Virus record (IMG/VR): IMGVR_UViG_2877251553_000001
Location: 10,207-74,206 of that record
Source of the DNA: a virus
Taxonomy: Duplodnaviria; Heunggongvirae; Uroviricota; Caudoviricetes
Length of the DNA stretch: 64,000 nt
Strand: one strand, 5' to 3'
Within the stretch, counting starts at the first letter, position 1. Every line of letters begins with the position of its first letter. The position numbers and the translations under genes were made by a program. Of this stretch, positions 21,001-35,558 are shown one piece after another. The notes under the pieces are model-generated. The model did not search any database. It saw nothing but the letters and a program-made list of their open reading frames with translations, and had not been told where the DNA came from.

Positions 21001-21068
21001 AAGCGGCAGCGGACTTTATGCAACAGCAGGCCCGTGATGGTGGTCGGTTAAGTGGAGCATATCGGTAA
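18003..21068 (+). CDS. H: Tail tape measure protein H
   Basis: 1021 aa, coiled-coil rich; C-terminus NNDGTNGQIGPAALKAVYD matches lambda gpH. Confidence 0.85.
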   Translation: MDQIANLVIDLGIDAAEFKNEIPRIKNLLNGAASDAERSSARMQRFMERQTQAARQTTQAASSAATAASVHAQTVEKNAQAHERMAREVEKTRQRMEALSQKMREEQAQAMALAEAQDKTAAAFYRQIDSVKQASAGLQELQRIQQQIRQARNSGGIGQQDYLALISEVTAKTRVLTQAEEESTRQKVAFIRQLKEQATRQNLSSSELLRARAAQLGVSSAAEVYIRKMEQAGKATHSLGLKSAAARQEIGVLIGELARGNLGALRGSGITLANRAGWIDTLMSPKGMMLGGVIGGIAAAVYGLGKAWYDGQKEGEEFNRQLSLTGHYAGVTAGQLWTLSRAISGNGITQHAAAGALAQVVGSGAFRGNDIGMVARAAAQMERSVGQSVSDTINQFKRLKDDPVNAAKALDNELHFLTATQLEQIRVLGDQGRSSDAARIAMSALAEETGRRTADIDNNLNALGSTLKYLSDLWNRFWDAAMNIGREDSLDEQIAALQEKVSRAKRLPWTASSSQVEYDQQRLNDLQEKKRQKDLQDAKEQAERNYQEQQKRRNAENAALNRMNETEAARHQREIARINAMQYADQAVRDAAIQRENERYEKALASGKKKTRETRNDEATRLLLQYSQQQAQVEGQIAAARQSAGIATERMTEAHKQLLALQQRISDLDGKKLTADEKSVLARKDELIQALTLLDVKQQELQKQTALNELKKKTIQLTSQLAEEERAQRQQHDLDIATVGMGDQQRQRYQVQLSLRQKYQQQLEQLRRDSEQKGTYNTDDYRKAEQALTESLNRQLNENRRYWQQLEVVQGNWKNGVLRAFQDFTVDADNTAETAEQVFSSAFSNMGNGLATFVTTGKLNFKSFTSSVLSDMAKILAQATMMKSIKGIGSVLGFDLSSLSLNANGGIYQSADLSRYSGTVVNRPTFFAFAKGAGVMGEAGPEAILPLRRGADGKLGVVADIGGSGMAMFSPQYNIEINNDGTNGQIGPAALKAVYDLGKKAAADFMQQQARDGGRLSGAYR

Positions 21069-21397
21069 TGGAGACGTTTCACTGGAAAGTGCGCCCGGAT
21101 ATGAATGTGGTATCAGAGCCGAAAGTGGTGACAGTGAAGCTGGGCGATGGTTATGAACAGCGTCGTGCGGCGGGACTGAATAACCAGTTGTCGACTTACA
21201 GCGTGACGATACGTGTTCGTAAATGTGAACACCCATCTTTAAAAGCCTTTCTGGAACGGCACGGTGGCGTCCGTGCATTTCAGTGGACGCCACCTTATGA
21301 CTGGAAACCGATCAGGGTGGTTTGTCGTAAATGGTCGGCAAGCGTGGGGGCGCTGTGGGTAACCATAACGGCAGATTTTGAACAGGTCGTGGCATAG
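21068..21397 (+). CDS. M: Minor tail protein M
   Basis: 109 aa, lambda gpM size and position. Confidence 0.8.
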   Translation: METFHWKVRPDMNVVSEPKVVTVKLGDGYEQRRAAGLNNQLSTYSVTIRVRKCEHPSLKAFLERHGGVRAFQWTPPYDWKPIRVVCRKWSASVGALWVTITADFEQVVA

Positions 21398-21406
21398 GAG
21401 GCTCTG

Positions 21407-22105
21407 ATGCAGGATATTCCACAGGAAACACATCATGAGACGACACGCCTCACTCAGTCAGCCCAGGTGGTGCTCTGGGAAATCGATCTGACAGAGGTCG
21501 GTGGTGAACGTTATTTTTTCTGTAATGAGCAGAACGAAAAAGGTGAGCCGGTTACCTGGCAGGGGCGGCAGTATCAGGCATACCCCATTCAGGGGACAGG
21601 ATTTGAACTGAACGGCAAGGGCAGTGCTGCCCGTCCGACACTGACGGTTTCTAACCTGCACGGTATGGTCACCGGGATGGCGGAAGATCTGCAGAGTCTG
21701 GTCGGCGGAACGGTGGTCCGGCGTAAGGTTTACGCCCGTTTTCTGGATGCGGTGAACTTCGTCAACGGAAACAGTGACGCCGACCCGGAGCAGGAGGTGA
21801 TCAGCCGCTGGCGCATCGAGCAGTGCAGCGAACTGAGCGCGGTCAGTGCCTCTTTTGTACTGGCCACGCCGACGGAAACGGACGGCGCTGTTTTTCCGGG
21901 ACGTATCATGCTGGCCAACACCTGCACCTGGACCTATCGCGGCGATGAGTGCGGTTATCACGGTCCGGCGGTCGCGGATGAATATGACCAGCCAACGTCC
22001 GATATCACGAAGGATAAATGCAGCAAATGCCTGAGCGGTTGTAAGTTCCGCAATAACGTCGGCAACTTTGGCGGCTTCCTTTCCATTAACAAACTTTCGC
22101 AGTAA
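21407..22105 (+). CDS. L: Minor tail protein L
   Basis: 232 aa, lambda gpL size; C-terminal Cys cluster. Confidence 0.8.
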   Translation: MQDIPQETHHETTRLTQSAQVVLWEIDLTEVGGERYFFCNEQNEKGEPVTWQGRQYQAYPIQGTGFELNGKGSAARPTLTVSNLHGMVTGMAEDLQSLVGGTVVRRKVYARFLDAVNFVNGNSDADPEQEVISRWRIEQCSELSAVSASFVLATPTETDGAVFPGRIMLANTCTWTYRGDECGYHGPAVADEYDQPTSDITKDKCSKCLSGCKFRNNVGNFGGFLSINKLSQ

Positions 22106-22110
22106 ATCCC

Positions 22111-22854
22111 ATGACAGAAACAGAATCAGCGATTCTGGCGCACGCCCGGCGATGTGCGCCAGCGGAGTCGTGCGGCTTCGTGGTGAGAACGCCGGAGGGA
22201 GAAAGATATTTTCCCTGCGTGAATATCTCCGGTGAGCCGGAGGAGTATTTCCGGATGTCGCCGGAGGACTGGCTGCGGGCAGAAATGCAGGGTGAGATTG
22301 TGGCGCTGGTCCACAGCCACCCCGGTGGTCTGCCCTGGCTGAGTGAGGCTGACCGGCGGCTGCAGGTGCAGAGTGATTTGCCGTGGTGGCTGGTCTGCCG
22401 GGGTGAGATTCATAAATTCCGCTGTGTGCCGCATCTCACCGGGCGGCGCTTTGAGCACGGGGTGACGGACTGTTACACGCTGTTCCGGGATGCTTACCAT
22501 CTGGCGGGGATTGAGATGCCGGATTTTCATCGCGGGGATGACTGGTGGCGTAACGGTCAGAATCTCTATCTGGATAATCTGGAGGCCACAGGGCTGTATC
22601 AGGTGCCGTTGTCAGCGGCGCAGCCGGGCGATGTGCTGCTGTGCTGTTTTGGTTCATCGGTGCCGAATCATGCCGCTATTTACTGCGGCGACGGCGAGCT
22701 GCTGCACCATATTCCTGAACAACTGAGCAAACGAGAGAGGTATACCGACAAATGGCAGCGACGCACACACTCCCTCTGGCGTCACCGGGCATGGCACGCA
22801 TCTGCCTTTACGGGGATTTGCAACGATTTGGCCGCCGCATCGACCTTCGTGTGA
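22111..22854 (+). CDS. K: Tail assembly protein K (peptidase-like)
   Basis: Lambda gpK-like sequence including HSHPGG motif. Confidence 0.8.
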   Translation: MTETESAILAHARRCAPAESCGFVVRTPEGERYFPCVNISGEPEEYFRMSPEDWLRAEMQGEIVALVHSHPGGLPWLSEADRRLQVQSDLPWWLVCRGEIHKFRCVPHLTGRRFEHGVTDCYTLFRDAYHLAGIEMPDFHRGDDWWRNGQNLYLDNLEATGLYQVPLSAAQPGDVLLCCFGSSVPNHAAIYCGDGELLHHIPEQLSKRERYTDKWQRRTHSLWRHRAWHASAFTGICNDLAAASTFV

Positions 22855-23399
22855 AAACGGGGGCCGAAGCCATCCGGGCGCTGGCCACACAGCTCCCGGC
22901 GTTTCGTCAGAAACTGAATGACGGCTGGTATCAGGTGCGCATTGCCGGGCGTGATGCAGGTGAAACCGAATTATCTGCCCGTCTTAATGAGCCGCTGGCA
23001 AATGGTGCCGTGATCCATATCGTGCCGCGTCTGGCGGGAGCTAAAAGTGGCGGTGTGTTTCAGGTGGTGCTGGGGGCGGCGTTGATTGCGGTGGCATGGT
23101 GGAACCCTGTGGGCTGGCTGGGTGCCGCGGCTGTATCGGGCATGTATGCGGCAGGGGCCAGTATGATCCTGGGCGGTGTGGCGCAGATGCTGGCACCGAA
23201 AGCCAGGACGTCCACGGCAGCCAGTACAGATAACGGCAAACAGAACACCTATTTTTCCTCACTGGATAACATGGTTGCTCAGGGCAATGTTTTGCCTGTT
23301 CTGTACGGTGAAATGCGTGTGGGGTCGCGGGTGGTTTCTCAGGAGATCAGCACGGCAGACGAAGGGGACGGTGGTCAGGTTGTGGTGATTGGTCGCTGA
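22752..23399 (+). CDS. I: Tail assembly protein I; start uncertain, overlaps K
   Basis: C-terminus matches lambda gpI (TDNGKQNTYFSSLDNMVAQGNVLPVLYGE). Confidence 0.7.
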   Translation: MAATHTLPLASPGMARICLYGDLQRFGRRIDLRVKTGAEAIRALATQLPAFRQKLNDGWYQVRIAGRDAGETELSARLNEPLANGAVIHIVPRLAGAKSGGVFQVVLGAALIAVAWWNPVGWLGAAAVSGMYAAGASMILGGVAQMLAPKARTSTAASTDNGKQNTYFSSLDNMVAQGNVLPVLYGEMRVGSRVVSQEISTADEGDGGQVVVIGR

Positions 23400-23459
23400 T
23401 GCAAAATGTTTTATGTGAAACCGCCTCCGGGCGGTTTTGTCGTTTATGGAGCATGACGA

Positions 23460-26857
<3,398 letters not shown>

Positions 26858-26923
26858 ATTTTATAACCCAGAACGGGCGCCAGAAATGACGCCTTTTTTA
26901 TTGCAGAAAAGCGAGAGGTAATT

Positions 26924-27519
26924 ATGCGTAAAGTTTGTGCAGCAATTTTGTCCGCAGCCATTTGTCTGGCCGTATCCGGTGCGCCTGCATGGGCGTCTGA
27001 ACATCAGTCCACGCTGAGCGCGGGTATCTTCATGCCTCGACGAACGTCCCCGGCAGTGATGATCTGAACGGGATTAACATGAAATACCGTTATGAGTTTA
27101 CGGACACACTGGGGCTGGTGACGTCATTCAGCTATGCAGGAGACAAGAATCGCCAGCTGACCCGTTACAGCGATACCCGCTGGCATGAAGATTCCGTTCG
27201 TAACCGCTGGTTCAGCGTAATGGCGGGCCGTCTGTGCGCGTGAATGAATGGTTCAGCGCGTATGCGATGGCGGGTGTAGCTTACAGCCGTGTGTCGACTT
27301 TCTCCGGGGATTATCTTCGCGTAACTGACAACAAGGGGAAAAAGCACGATGTGCTGACCGGAAGTGATGACGGTCGCCACAGCAACACGTCTCTGGCGTG
27401 GGGGCTGGCGTGCAGTTTAACCCGACCGAATCCGTGTCCATTGATATTGCTTATGAAGGCTCCGGCAGTGGTGACTGGCGCACTGACGGTTTCATCGTGG
27501 GTGTCGGTTATAAATTCTG
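26924..27519 (+). pseudogene. lom: lom-like outer membrane protein gene, multiple frame disruptions
   Basis: Lambda Lom-like translation recoverable only by switching frames at three G/C runs. Confidence 0.7.
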
Positions 27520-27584
27520 ATTAGCCAGGTAACACAGTGTTATGACAGCCCGCCGGTTCAGGCGGGCTTTTTTGTGGGTGAATA

Positions 27585-29959
27585 TGGCAGTAAAGATTTC
27601 AGGTGTACTGAAAGACGGCACAGGAAAACCGGTACAGAACTGCACAATCCAGCTGAAAGCAAAACGTAACAGCACCACGGTGGTGGTGAACACGCTGGCC
27701 TCAGAAAATCCGGATGAAGCCGGGCGTTACAGCATGGACGTTGAGTACGGGCAGTACAGCGTTATTCTGTTGGTGGAGGGATTCCCGCCGTCACATGCCG
27801 GGACCATCACCGTGTATGAAGATTCCCGACCCGGTACGCTGAATGATTTTCTCGGTGCCATGACGGAGGATGATGCCCGTCCTGAGGCACTGCGCCGTTT
27901 TGAACTGATGGTGGAAGAGGTGGCGCGTAACGCGTCCGCGGTGGCACAGAACACGGCAGCCGCGAAGAAGTCAGCCAGTGATGCCAGCACATCAGCCCGT
28001 GAGGCGGCAACCCATGCGACTGATGCTGCAGGCTCAGCACGCGCAGCCAGCACATCAGCCGGGCAGGCCGCGACGTCGGCTCAGTCAGCGTCTTCCAGCG
28101 CAGGAACGGCATCAACAAAGGCCACTGAAGCCTCAAAAAGTGCTGCCGCTGCAGAGTCCTCAAAAAGCGCGGCAGCTACCAGTGCCGGTGCGGCGAAAAC
28201 GTCAGAAACGAATGCGGCAGCGTCACAAAAATCTGCAGCCACTTCTGCATCCGCAGCGACCACAAAGGCGTCAGAAGCTGCCACCTCAGCCCGGGATGCG
28301 GCGGCCTCAAAAGAGGCAGCGAAATCATCAGAAACGAACGCATCATCAAGCGCCAGTAGTGCCGCTTCCTCGGCAACGGCGGCAGGAAATTCCGCGAAGG
28401 CGGCAAAAACGTCCGAGACGAACGCCAGGTCTTCTGAAACGGCAGCGGGACAGAGTGCCTCAGCTGCGGCAGGCTCAAAAACAGCGGCTGCATCATCTGC
28501 CAGTGCCGCATCAACAAGTGCCGGGCAGGCCTCAGCCAGTGCCACCGCTGCCGGAAAGTCGGCAGAAAGTGCCGCATCGTCTGCTTCAACAGCCACAACG
28601 AAGGCTGGCGAAGCCACTGAACAGGCCAGCGCAGCAGCGAGGTCAGCTTCCGCAGCGAAGACATCCGAAACGAACGCGAAAGCGTCGGAAACCCGTGCAG
28701 AATCCTCAAAAACGGCTGCCGCATCGTCAGCCAGTTCGGCGGCGTCATCGGCATCATCGGCGTCTGCTTCAAAAGATGAGGCGACCAGACAGGCGTCAGC
28801 AGCGAAGGGCAGCGCCACGACAGCATCCACGAAGGCGACAGAGGCAGCTGGCAGTGCGACGGCGGCAGCACAGAGCAAAAGTACGGCGGAATCCGCGGCA
28901 ACGCGCGCTGAGACAGCGGCAAAACGTGCAGAGGATATTGCATCCGCCGTGGCGCTTGAGGATGCGAGCACGACGAAAAAGGGGGTAGTACAGCTCAGCA
29001 GTGCGACCAACAGCACGTCTGAAACGCTGGCGGCAACGCCAAAGGCAGTAAAAGCAGCCTATGACAATGCAGAGAAACGTCTGCAGAAAGACCAGAACGG
29101 TGCTGATATTCCCGACAAGGACCGCTTCCTGAGTAACATTAATGTTTACAGCAAAGGTGAAGTGGATCAGAAAAAGGGGATGCGATACGTTGTGGTAAAT
29201 GCCCCGGCGGGTGTCCAGGAAGGTAAATATTATCCGTTAGTGATAAAAAGGAATGACAGCCATCGAGCATCCCGCGTTGTCATTTCAACGCCAAGGCGCA
29301 CAGCTAATCACAGAATGAATAACTGTGAGTTTAATGGTTTTGTTTGCACAGGCGGCTGGACGGACCGGGGTAGCTATGCCTGTGGTATGTTCTGGGCTTA
29401 TTCATCATCGGAACGCGCTATTCATTCCATTCTGATGAGTAATAAAGGCGATACCGTAGACAGCGTATTCTATATAGAAGGTGGGGCATTTCCCGTAGAG
29501 GTTTTTTTAGAAGAAGGACTCTCCGTTACTGCACCTGCTTCTGATTATGTTGTTGCTGAAACAACTTATAAATTTGGTGCAACTGATCCTTATTCTGAAT
29601 CAGTTGCTGTAAATTTAATTTTAGATTTTAAACAAGGTAATGGATTTTATAGTTCGTATCCTGTTTTGAGTAAGTCAGATATTAGCGGGAATAAGATTTA
29701 CGCTAATGATGAAGTTATTGTCCGTAGTCAGAACGCGTTAAGGATGATTGCAGGCGATTACGGTGTCATATGGCGAAATGATGGAGCAAATACTTACTTG
29801 CTCATGACTGATAAAGGCGACCAGTACGGTGGCTGGAACGGTCTTCGACCATTTGCTGTAAATAACGCAACAGGTGAAGTGACGATCAATACACCACTTA
29901 ATTCGCCTAAGGGATTAAGGGAAATTCTGATACAGCTACGAAACTTCAGACAGCAATAA
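27585..29959 (+). CDS. stf: Side tail fibre protein Stf with divergent AT-rich C-terminal domain
   Basis: N-terminus MAVKISGVLKDGTGKPVQNCTIQLKA and Ala/Ser-rich shaft match lambda Stf; last ~280 aa differ and are AT-rich. Confidence 0.75.
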
Positions 29960-30872
29960 AAATATCTGGTGTTTCGTTTGATGGTTCTACTGATATCACT
30001 TTAACCGCTGCGCATGTTGCTGCTTTTGCCAGAAGAGCAACGGATACGTATGCCGATGCGGATGGGGCGTTCCCTGGAATGCCGAATCAGGCGCTTATAA
30101 TGTCACCCGCTCTGGCGACAGCTATATTCTGGTTAACTTCTATACCGGAGTCGGAAGTTGCCGGACCTTGCAGATGAAGGCGCATTACAGAAATGGTGGT
30201 CTGTTCTACCGTTCTTCAAGAGACGGTTATGGTTTTGAGGAAGACTGGGCAGAAGTTTATACCTCGAAAAATCTTCCACCAGAAAGCTACCCAGTCGGCG
30301 CACCAATCCCGTGGCCATCAGATACCGTTCCGTCTGGTTATGCCCTGATGCAGGGGCAGACTTTTGACAAATCTGCTTACCCGAAACTTGCAGCTGCTTA
30401 TCCGTCAGGCGTGATCCCTGATATGCGTGGCTGGATGATTAAGGGCAAGCCCGCCAGTGGTCGAGCCATATTGTCTCAGGAACAGGACGGCATTAAATCG
30501 CACACCCACAGCGCCAGCGCATCCAGTACGGATTTGGGTACGAAAACCACATCGTCGTTTGATTACGGCACTAAATCCACGAATAACACCGGGGCGCATA
30601 CCCATAGTGTTAGCGGTACGGCTGCTTCAGCCGGTGCACATACCCATTCGATGACATTTGTTTCAGGTGGTTCCAGTGGTGCTCCGGGAAGTGGATCACC
30701 TGATTATTCTAAATACAGTGTTAACACTTCTTCTGCAGGCGCTCATACGCACTCTGTATCGGGTACTGCTGCAAGCGCAGGTTAGACTGGCCCCTGAATC
30801 TCCAGACAACCAGTATCACTTAAATAAGTGATAGTCTTAATACTAGTTTTTAGACTAGTCATTGGAGTACAG

Positions 30873-31238
30873 ATGATTGATGTCTTAGGGCCGGAGAAAC
30901 GCAGACGGCGTACCACACAGGAAAAGATCGCAATTGTTCAGCAGAGCTTTGAACCGGGGATGACGGTCTCCCTAGTTGCCCGGCAACATGGTGTAGCAGC
31001 CAGCCAGTTATTTCTCTGGCGTAAGCAATACCAGGAAGGAAGTCTTACTGCTGTGGCCGCCGGAGAACAGGTTGTTCCTGCCTCTGAACTTGCTGCCGCC
31101 ATGAAGCAGATTAAAGAACTCCAGCGCCTGCTCGGCAAGAAAACGATGGAAAATGAACTCCTCAAAGAAGCCGTTGAATATGGACGGGCAAAAAAGTGGA
31201 TAGCGCACGCGCCCTTATTGCCCGGGGATGGGAGTAAG
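30873..31238 (+). CDS. insC: IS2 transposase OrfA (InsC)
   Basis: Begins [20 protein letters not shown], matching IS2 InsC; 3' end approximate. Confidence 0.7.
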
Positions 31239-32100
31239 CTTAGTCAGCCGTTGTCTCCGGATGTCGCGTGCGCAGTTGCACGTCATTCTCAGACGAACCG
31301 ATGACTGGATGGATGGCCGCCGCAGTCGTCACACTGATGATACGGATGTGCTTCTCCGTATACACCATGTTATCGGAGAGCTGCCCACGTATGGTTATCG
31401 TCGGGTATGGGCGCTGCTTCGCAGACAGGCAGAACTTGATGGTATGCCTGCGATCAATGCCAAACGTGTTTACCGGATCATGCGCCAGAATGCGCTGTTG
31501 CTTGAGCGAAAACCTGCTGTACCGCCATCGAAACGGGCACATACAGGCAGAGTGGCCGTGAAAGAAAGCAATCAGCGATGGTGCTCTGACGGGTTCGAGT
31601 TCTGCTGTGATAACGGAGAGAGACTGCGTGTCACGTTCGCGCTGGACTGCTGTGATCGTGAGGCACTGCACTGGGCGGTGACTACCGGCGGCTTCAACAG
31701 TGAAACAGTACAGGACGTCATGCTGGGAGCGGTGGAACGCCGCTTCGGCAACGATCTTCCGTCGTCTCCAGTGGAGTGGCTGACGGATAATGGTTCATGC
31801 TACCGGGCTAATGAAACACGCCAGTTCGCCCGGATGTTGGGACTTGAACCGAAGAACACGGCGGTGCGGAGTCCGGAGAGTAACGGAATAGCAGAGAGCT
31901 TCGTGAAAACGATAAAGCGTGACTACATCAGTATCATGCCCAAACCAGACGGGTTAACGGCAGCAAAGAACCTTGCAGAGGCGTTCGAGCATTATAACGA
32001 ATGGCATCCGCATAGTGCGCTGGGTTATCGCTCGCCACGGGAATATCTGCGGCAGCGGGCTTGTAATGGGTTAAGTGATAACAGATGTCTGGAAATATAG
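31228..32100 (+). CDS. insD: IS2 transposase OrfB (InsD)
   Basis: DDE transposase sequence of IS2 InsD. Confidence 0.7.
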
Positions 32101-32262
32101 GGGCAAATCCACAGGTGCACACGCACATACTGTCGGTATTGGTGCTCATACGCACTCCGTTGCGATTGGTTCACATGGACATACCATCACCGTTAACGCT
32201 GCTGGTAACGCGGAAAACACCGTCAAAAACATCGCATTTAACTATATTGTGAGGCTTGCATA

Positions 32263-32847
32263 ATGGCATTCAGAATGAGTGAACAACCACGGACCATAAA
32301 AATTTATAATCTGCTGGCCGGAACTAATGAATTTATTGGTGAAGGTGACGCATATATTCCGCCTCATACAGGTCTGCCAGCAAACAGTACCGATATTGCA
32401 CCGCCAGATATTCCGGCAGGCTTCGTGGCTGTTTTCAACAGTGATGAGGCATCGTGGCATCTCGTTGAAGATCATCGGGGTAAAACGGTTTATGACGTGG
32501 CTTCCGGCGACGCGTTATTTATTTCTGAACTCGGTCCGTTACCGGAAAATGCCACTTGGTTATCCCGGAAGGGAGTTTCAGAAGTGGAACGGCACAGCCT
32601 GGGTGAAAGATGCAGAAGCAGAAAAACTGTTCCGGATCCGGGAGGCGGAAGAAACAAAAAACAGCCTGATGCAGGTAGCCAGTGAGCATATTGCGCCACT
32701 TCAGGATGCTGTAGATCTGGAAATCGCAACGGAGGAAGAAACCTCATTGCTGGAAGCCTGGAAAAAGTATCGGGTGTTGCTGAACCGTGTTGATACATCA
32801 ACTGCACCGGATATTGAGTGGCCAGAAGAACCAGACACCGTGTAAGC
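32263..32847 (+). CDS. tfa: Tail fibre assembly protein Tfa; apparent frameshift near 32565
   Basis: N-terminus [20 protein letters not shown] matches lambda Tfa; frames rejoin at C run 32565-32567. Confidence 0.8.
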
Positions 32848-32906
32848 AAAAAAGAAAAACCGCAGACACGACGTATGCATGACGTGCTGCGGTTTATGCT
32901 TATCAC

Positions 32907-33730
<824 letters not shown>

Positions 33731-34091
33731 TCATTGCAAGGGCTCACAACCAGTAGTGTTGAGAAAACCATCGGAGAAATGAGGCTAAGCCTTTGAATTT
33801 ACATAGTACAAAAAAGATACTTTTCCTCATAATGTGAGCTAATTTTATGTTTCGTTTGATGATTGGACCGGTCTCGAAAACCGTAGACACATAGTATGCG
33901 TTAATTTATGAACAAACTACTTGTCTGCTGTTTTTCTGTCATTAGTCGTATATAGAATGATTCTCTATGCCTAACAAAGCATCACCAGTGCTAGATTACG
34001 TTGTAGTCACTGTTTAAATATCCAGATAAAACATTTCCTTCTGGGTTGAATGAGTGATAAAGTTTCACCCATTAGACCCCTTGGAGGAATT

Positions 34092-35524
34092 ATGTCTGAA
34101 TTTGAAGTGTTGGCACAGCATCTGCTGAAGGAAGCCGAGGCGGAAGAAAAGCTGCGACAGGAAAATGATAAAAAGCTTATCGAGAAAGTGCTGGAAATCT
34201 ATGATCAGAAGTATGTGGCTGAATTACTGAGAAAAGTCGGAAAAAATGAGTGGAGCCGTGAAACCATTAACCGCTGGATTAATGGCAAGTGTTTACCAAA
34301 ATCGTTGACTTCAGTAGAAGAGTCTCTTCTGCGTAAGATGCTACCAGAACCACCTGCAAACCATCCGGAATATGCTTTCCGCTTCATTGACTTATTTGCT
34401 GGAATTGGAGGGATACGGAAAGGTTTTGAGGCCATTGGAGGCCAGTGTGTTTTTACCAGTGAATGGAATAAAGATGCTGTGCGTACATACAAGGCCAACT
34501 GGTTTAACGATGAACAGGTGCATAAATTCAATCTCGATATTCGGGAAGTCACGCTGAGTGATAAAACCGATGTATTGGAAACGGATGCTTATGCATATAT
34601 TGATGAGCATGTGCCGGATCATGATGTGCTTCTTGCGGGGTTCCCGTGCCAGCCATTTAGCCTTGCTGGTGTTAGTAAGAAAAACTCACTTGGTCGTGCG
34701 CATGGTTTTGAATGTGAAGCACAAGGAACACTTTTTTTTGACGTGGCACGTATTATACGAGCAAAAAAACCGGCAATTTTTGTGCTGGAAAATGTCAAAA
34801 ATCTGAAGAGCCATGATAAGGGTAAAACTTTCAAAGTCATTATGGAGACCCTTGACGAGCTGGGCTACGAAGTTGCCGATGCTGCAGAAATGGGAAAAAA
34901 CGATCCAAAGATTATCGATGGGAAGCATTTTTTGCCTCAGCATCGTGAACGCATTGTTCTGGTCGGATTTAGACGAGATCTGAATATTCACAAGGGGTTT
35001 ACCTTGCGTGATATCAGTCGTTTTTATCCGGAACACCGCCCATCATTTGGTGAATTGCTGGAGCCTGTAGTCGACAGTAAATATATACTTACGCCAAAAC
35101 TATGGGAGTACCTTTATAACTACGCCAAAAAGCATGCAGCCAAGGGGAATGGTTTTGGCTTTGGGTTGGTCAATCCTGAGAATAAGGAAAGCATTGCACG
35201 CACACTTTCTGCCAGATATCACAAAGACGGATCAGAAATTCTTATTGATCGTGGTTGGGATATGGCAACGGGAGAGGCTGACTTTATGAATGAGAGTAAT
35301 CAGGCTCGTCGACCACGCAGGCTGACTCCCGAGAGTGCGCACGCCTTATGGGATTTGAAAAACCTGGAGGGAAACCATTCCGTATTCCGGTTTCAGATAC
35401 TCAGTCATATCGGCAGTTCGGTAACTCAGTTGTGGTGCCAGTATTTGAAGCTGTTGCCAGACTTCTGGAACCCTATATCCTCAAAGCTGTTTCTGCTGAT
35501 GCTGGTAAGACTGGGCAGCCTTGA
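34092..35524 (+). CDS. DNA cytosine-5 methyltransferase, Dcm / M.EcoRII-like; apparent frameshift near 35328
   Basis: Motifs [46 protein letters not shown] match Dcm; 477 codons once C run 35328-35330 is corrected. Confidence 0.85.
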
Positions 35525-35558
35525 GAACATCTCCCGGCCTTTTAAGCCGGGAGTCAGC

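Larger units (their letters stand above)
30783..32111 (+). mobile_element. IS2 insertion sequence with 5-bp target duplication CAGGT
   Basis: Characteristic IS2 terminal repeats (TAGACTGGCCCC... and ...GGGGCAAATCCA); CAGGT at 30778-30782 and 32112-32116. Confidence 0.9.
29962..32263 (+). pseudogene. Displaced lambda-type stf C-terminal fragment, frameshifted and interrupted by IS2
   Basis: Frames encode lambda Stf C-terminal motifs ([15 protein letters not shown] repeats) on both sides of IS2 and end with [11 protein letters not shown]. Confidence 0.6.

Noticed and set aside
27978-29016. Long ORFs in alternative frames (336-aa Arg/Gln-rich on plus, 311-aa Ala/Asp-rich on minus) across the tail-fibre shaft
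   Set aside because: They are shadow frames of the Ala/Ser-rich repetitive stf coding sequence, have low-complexity composition and no start context
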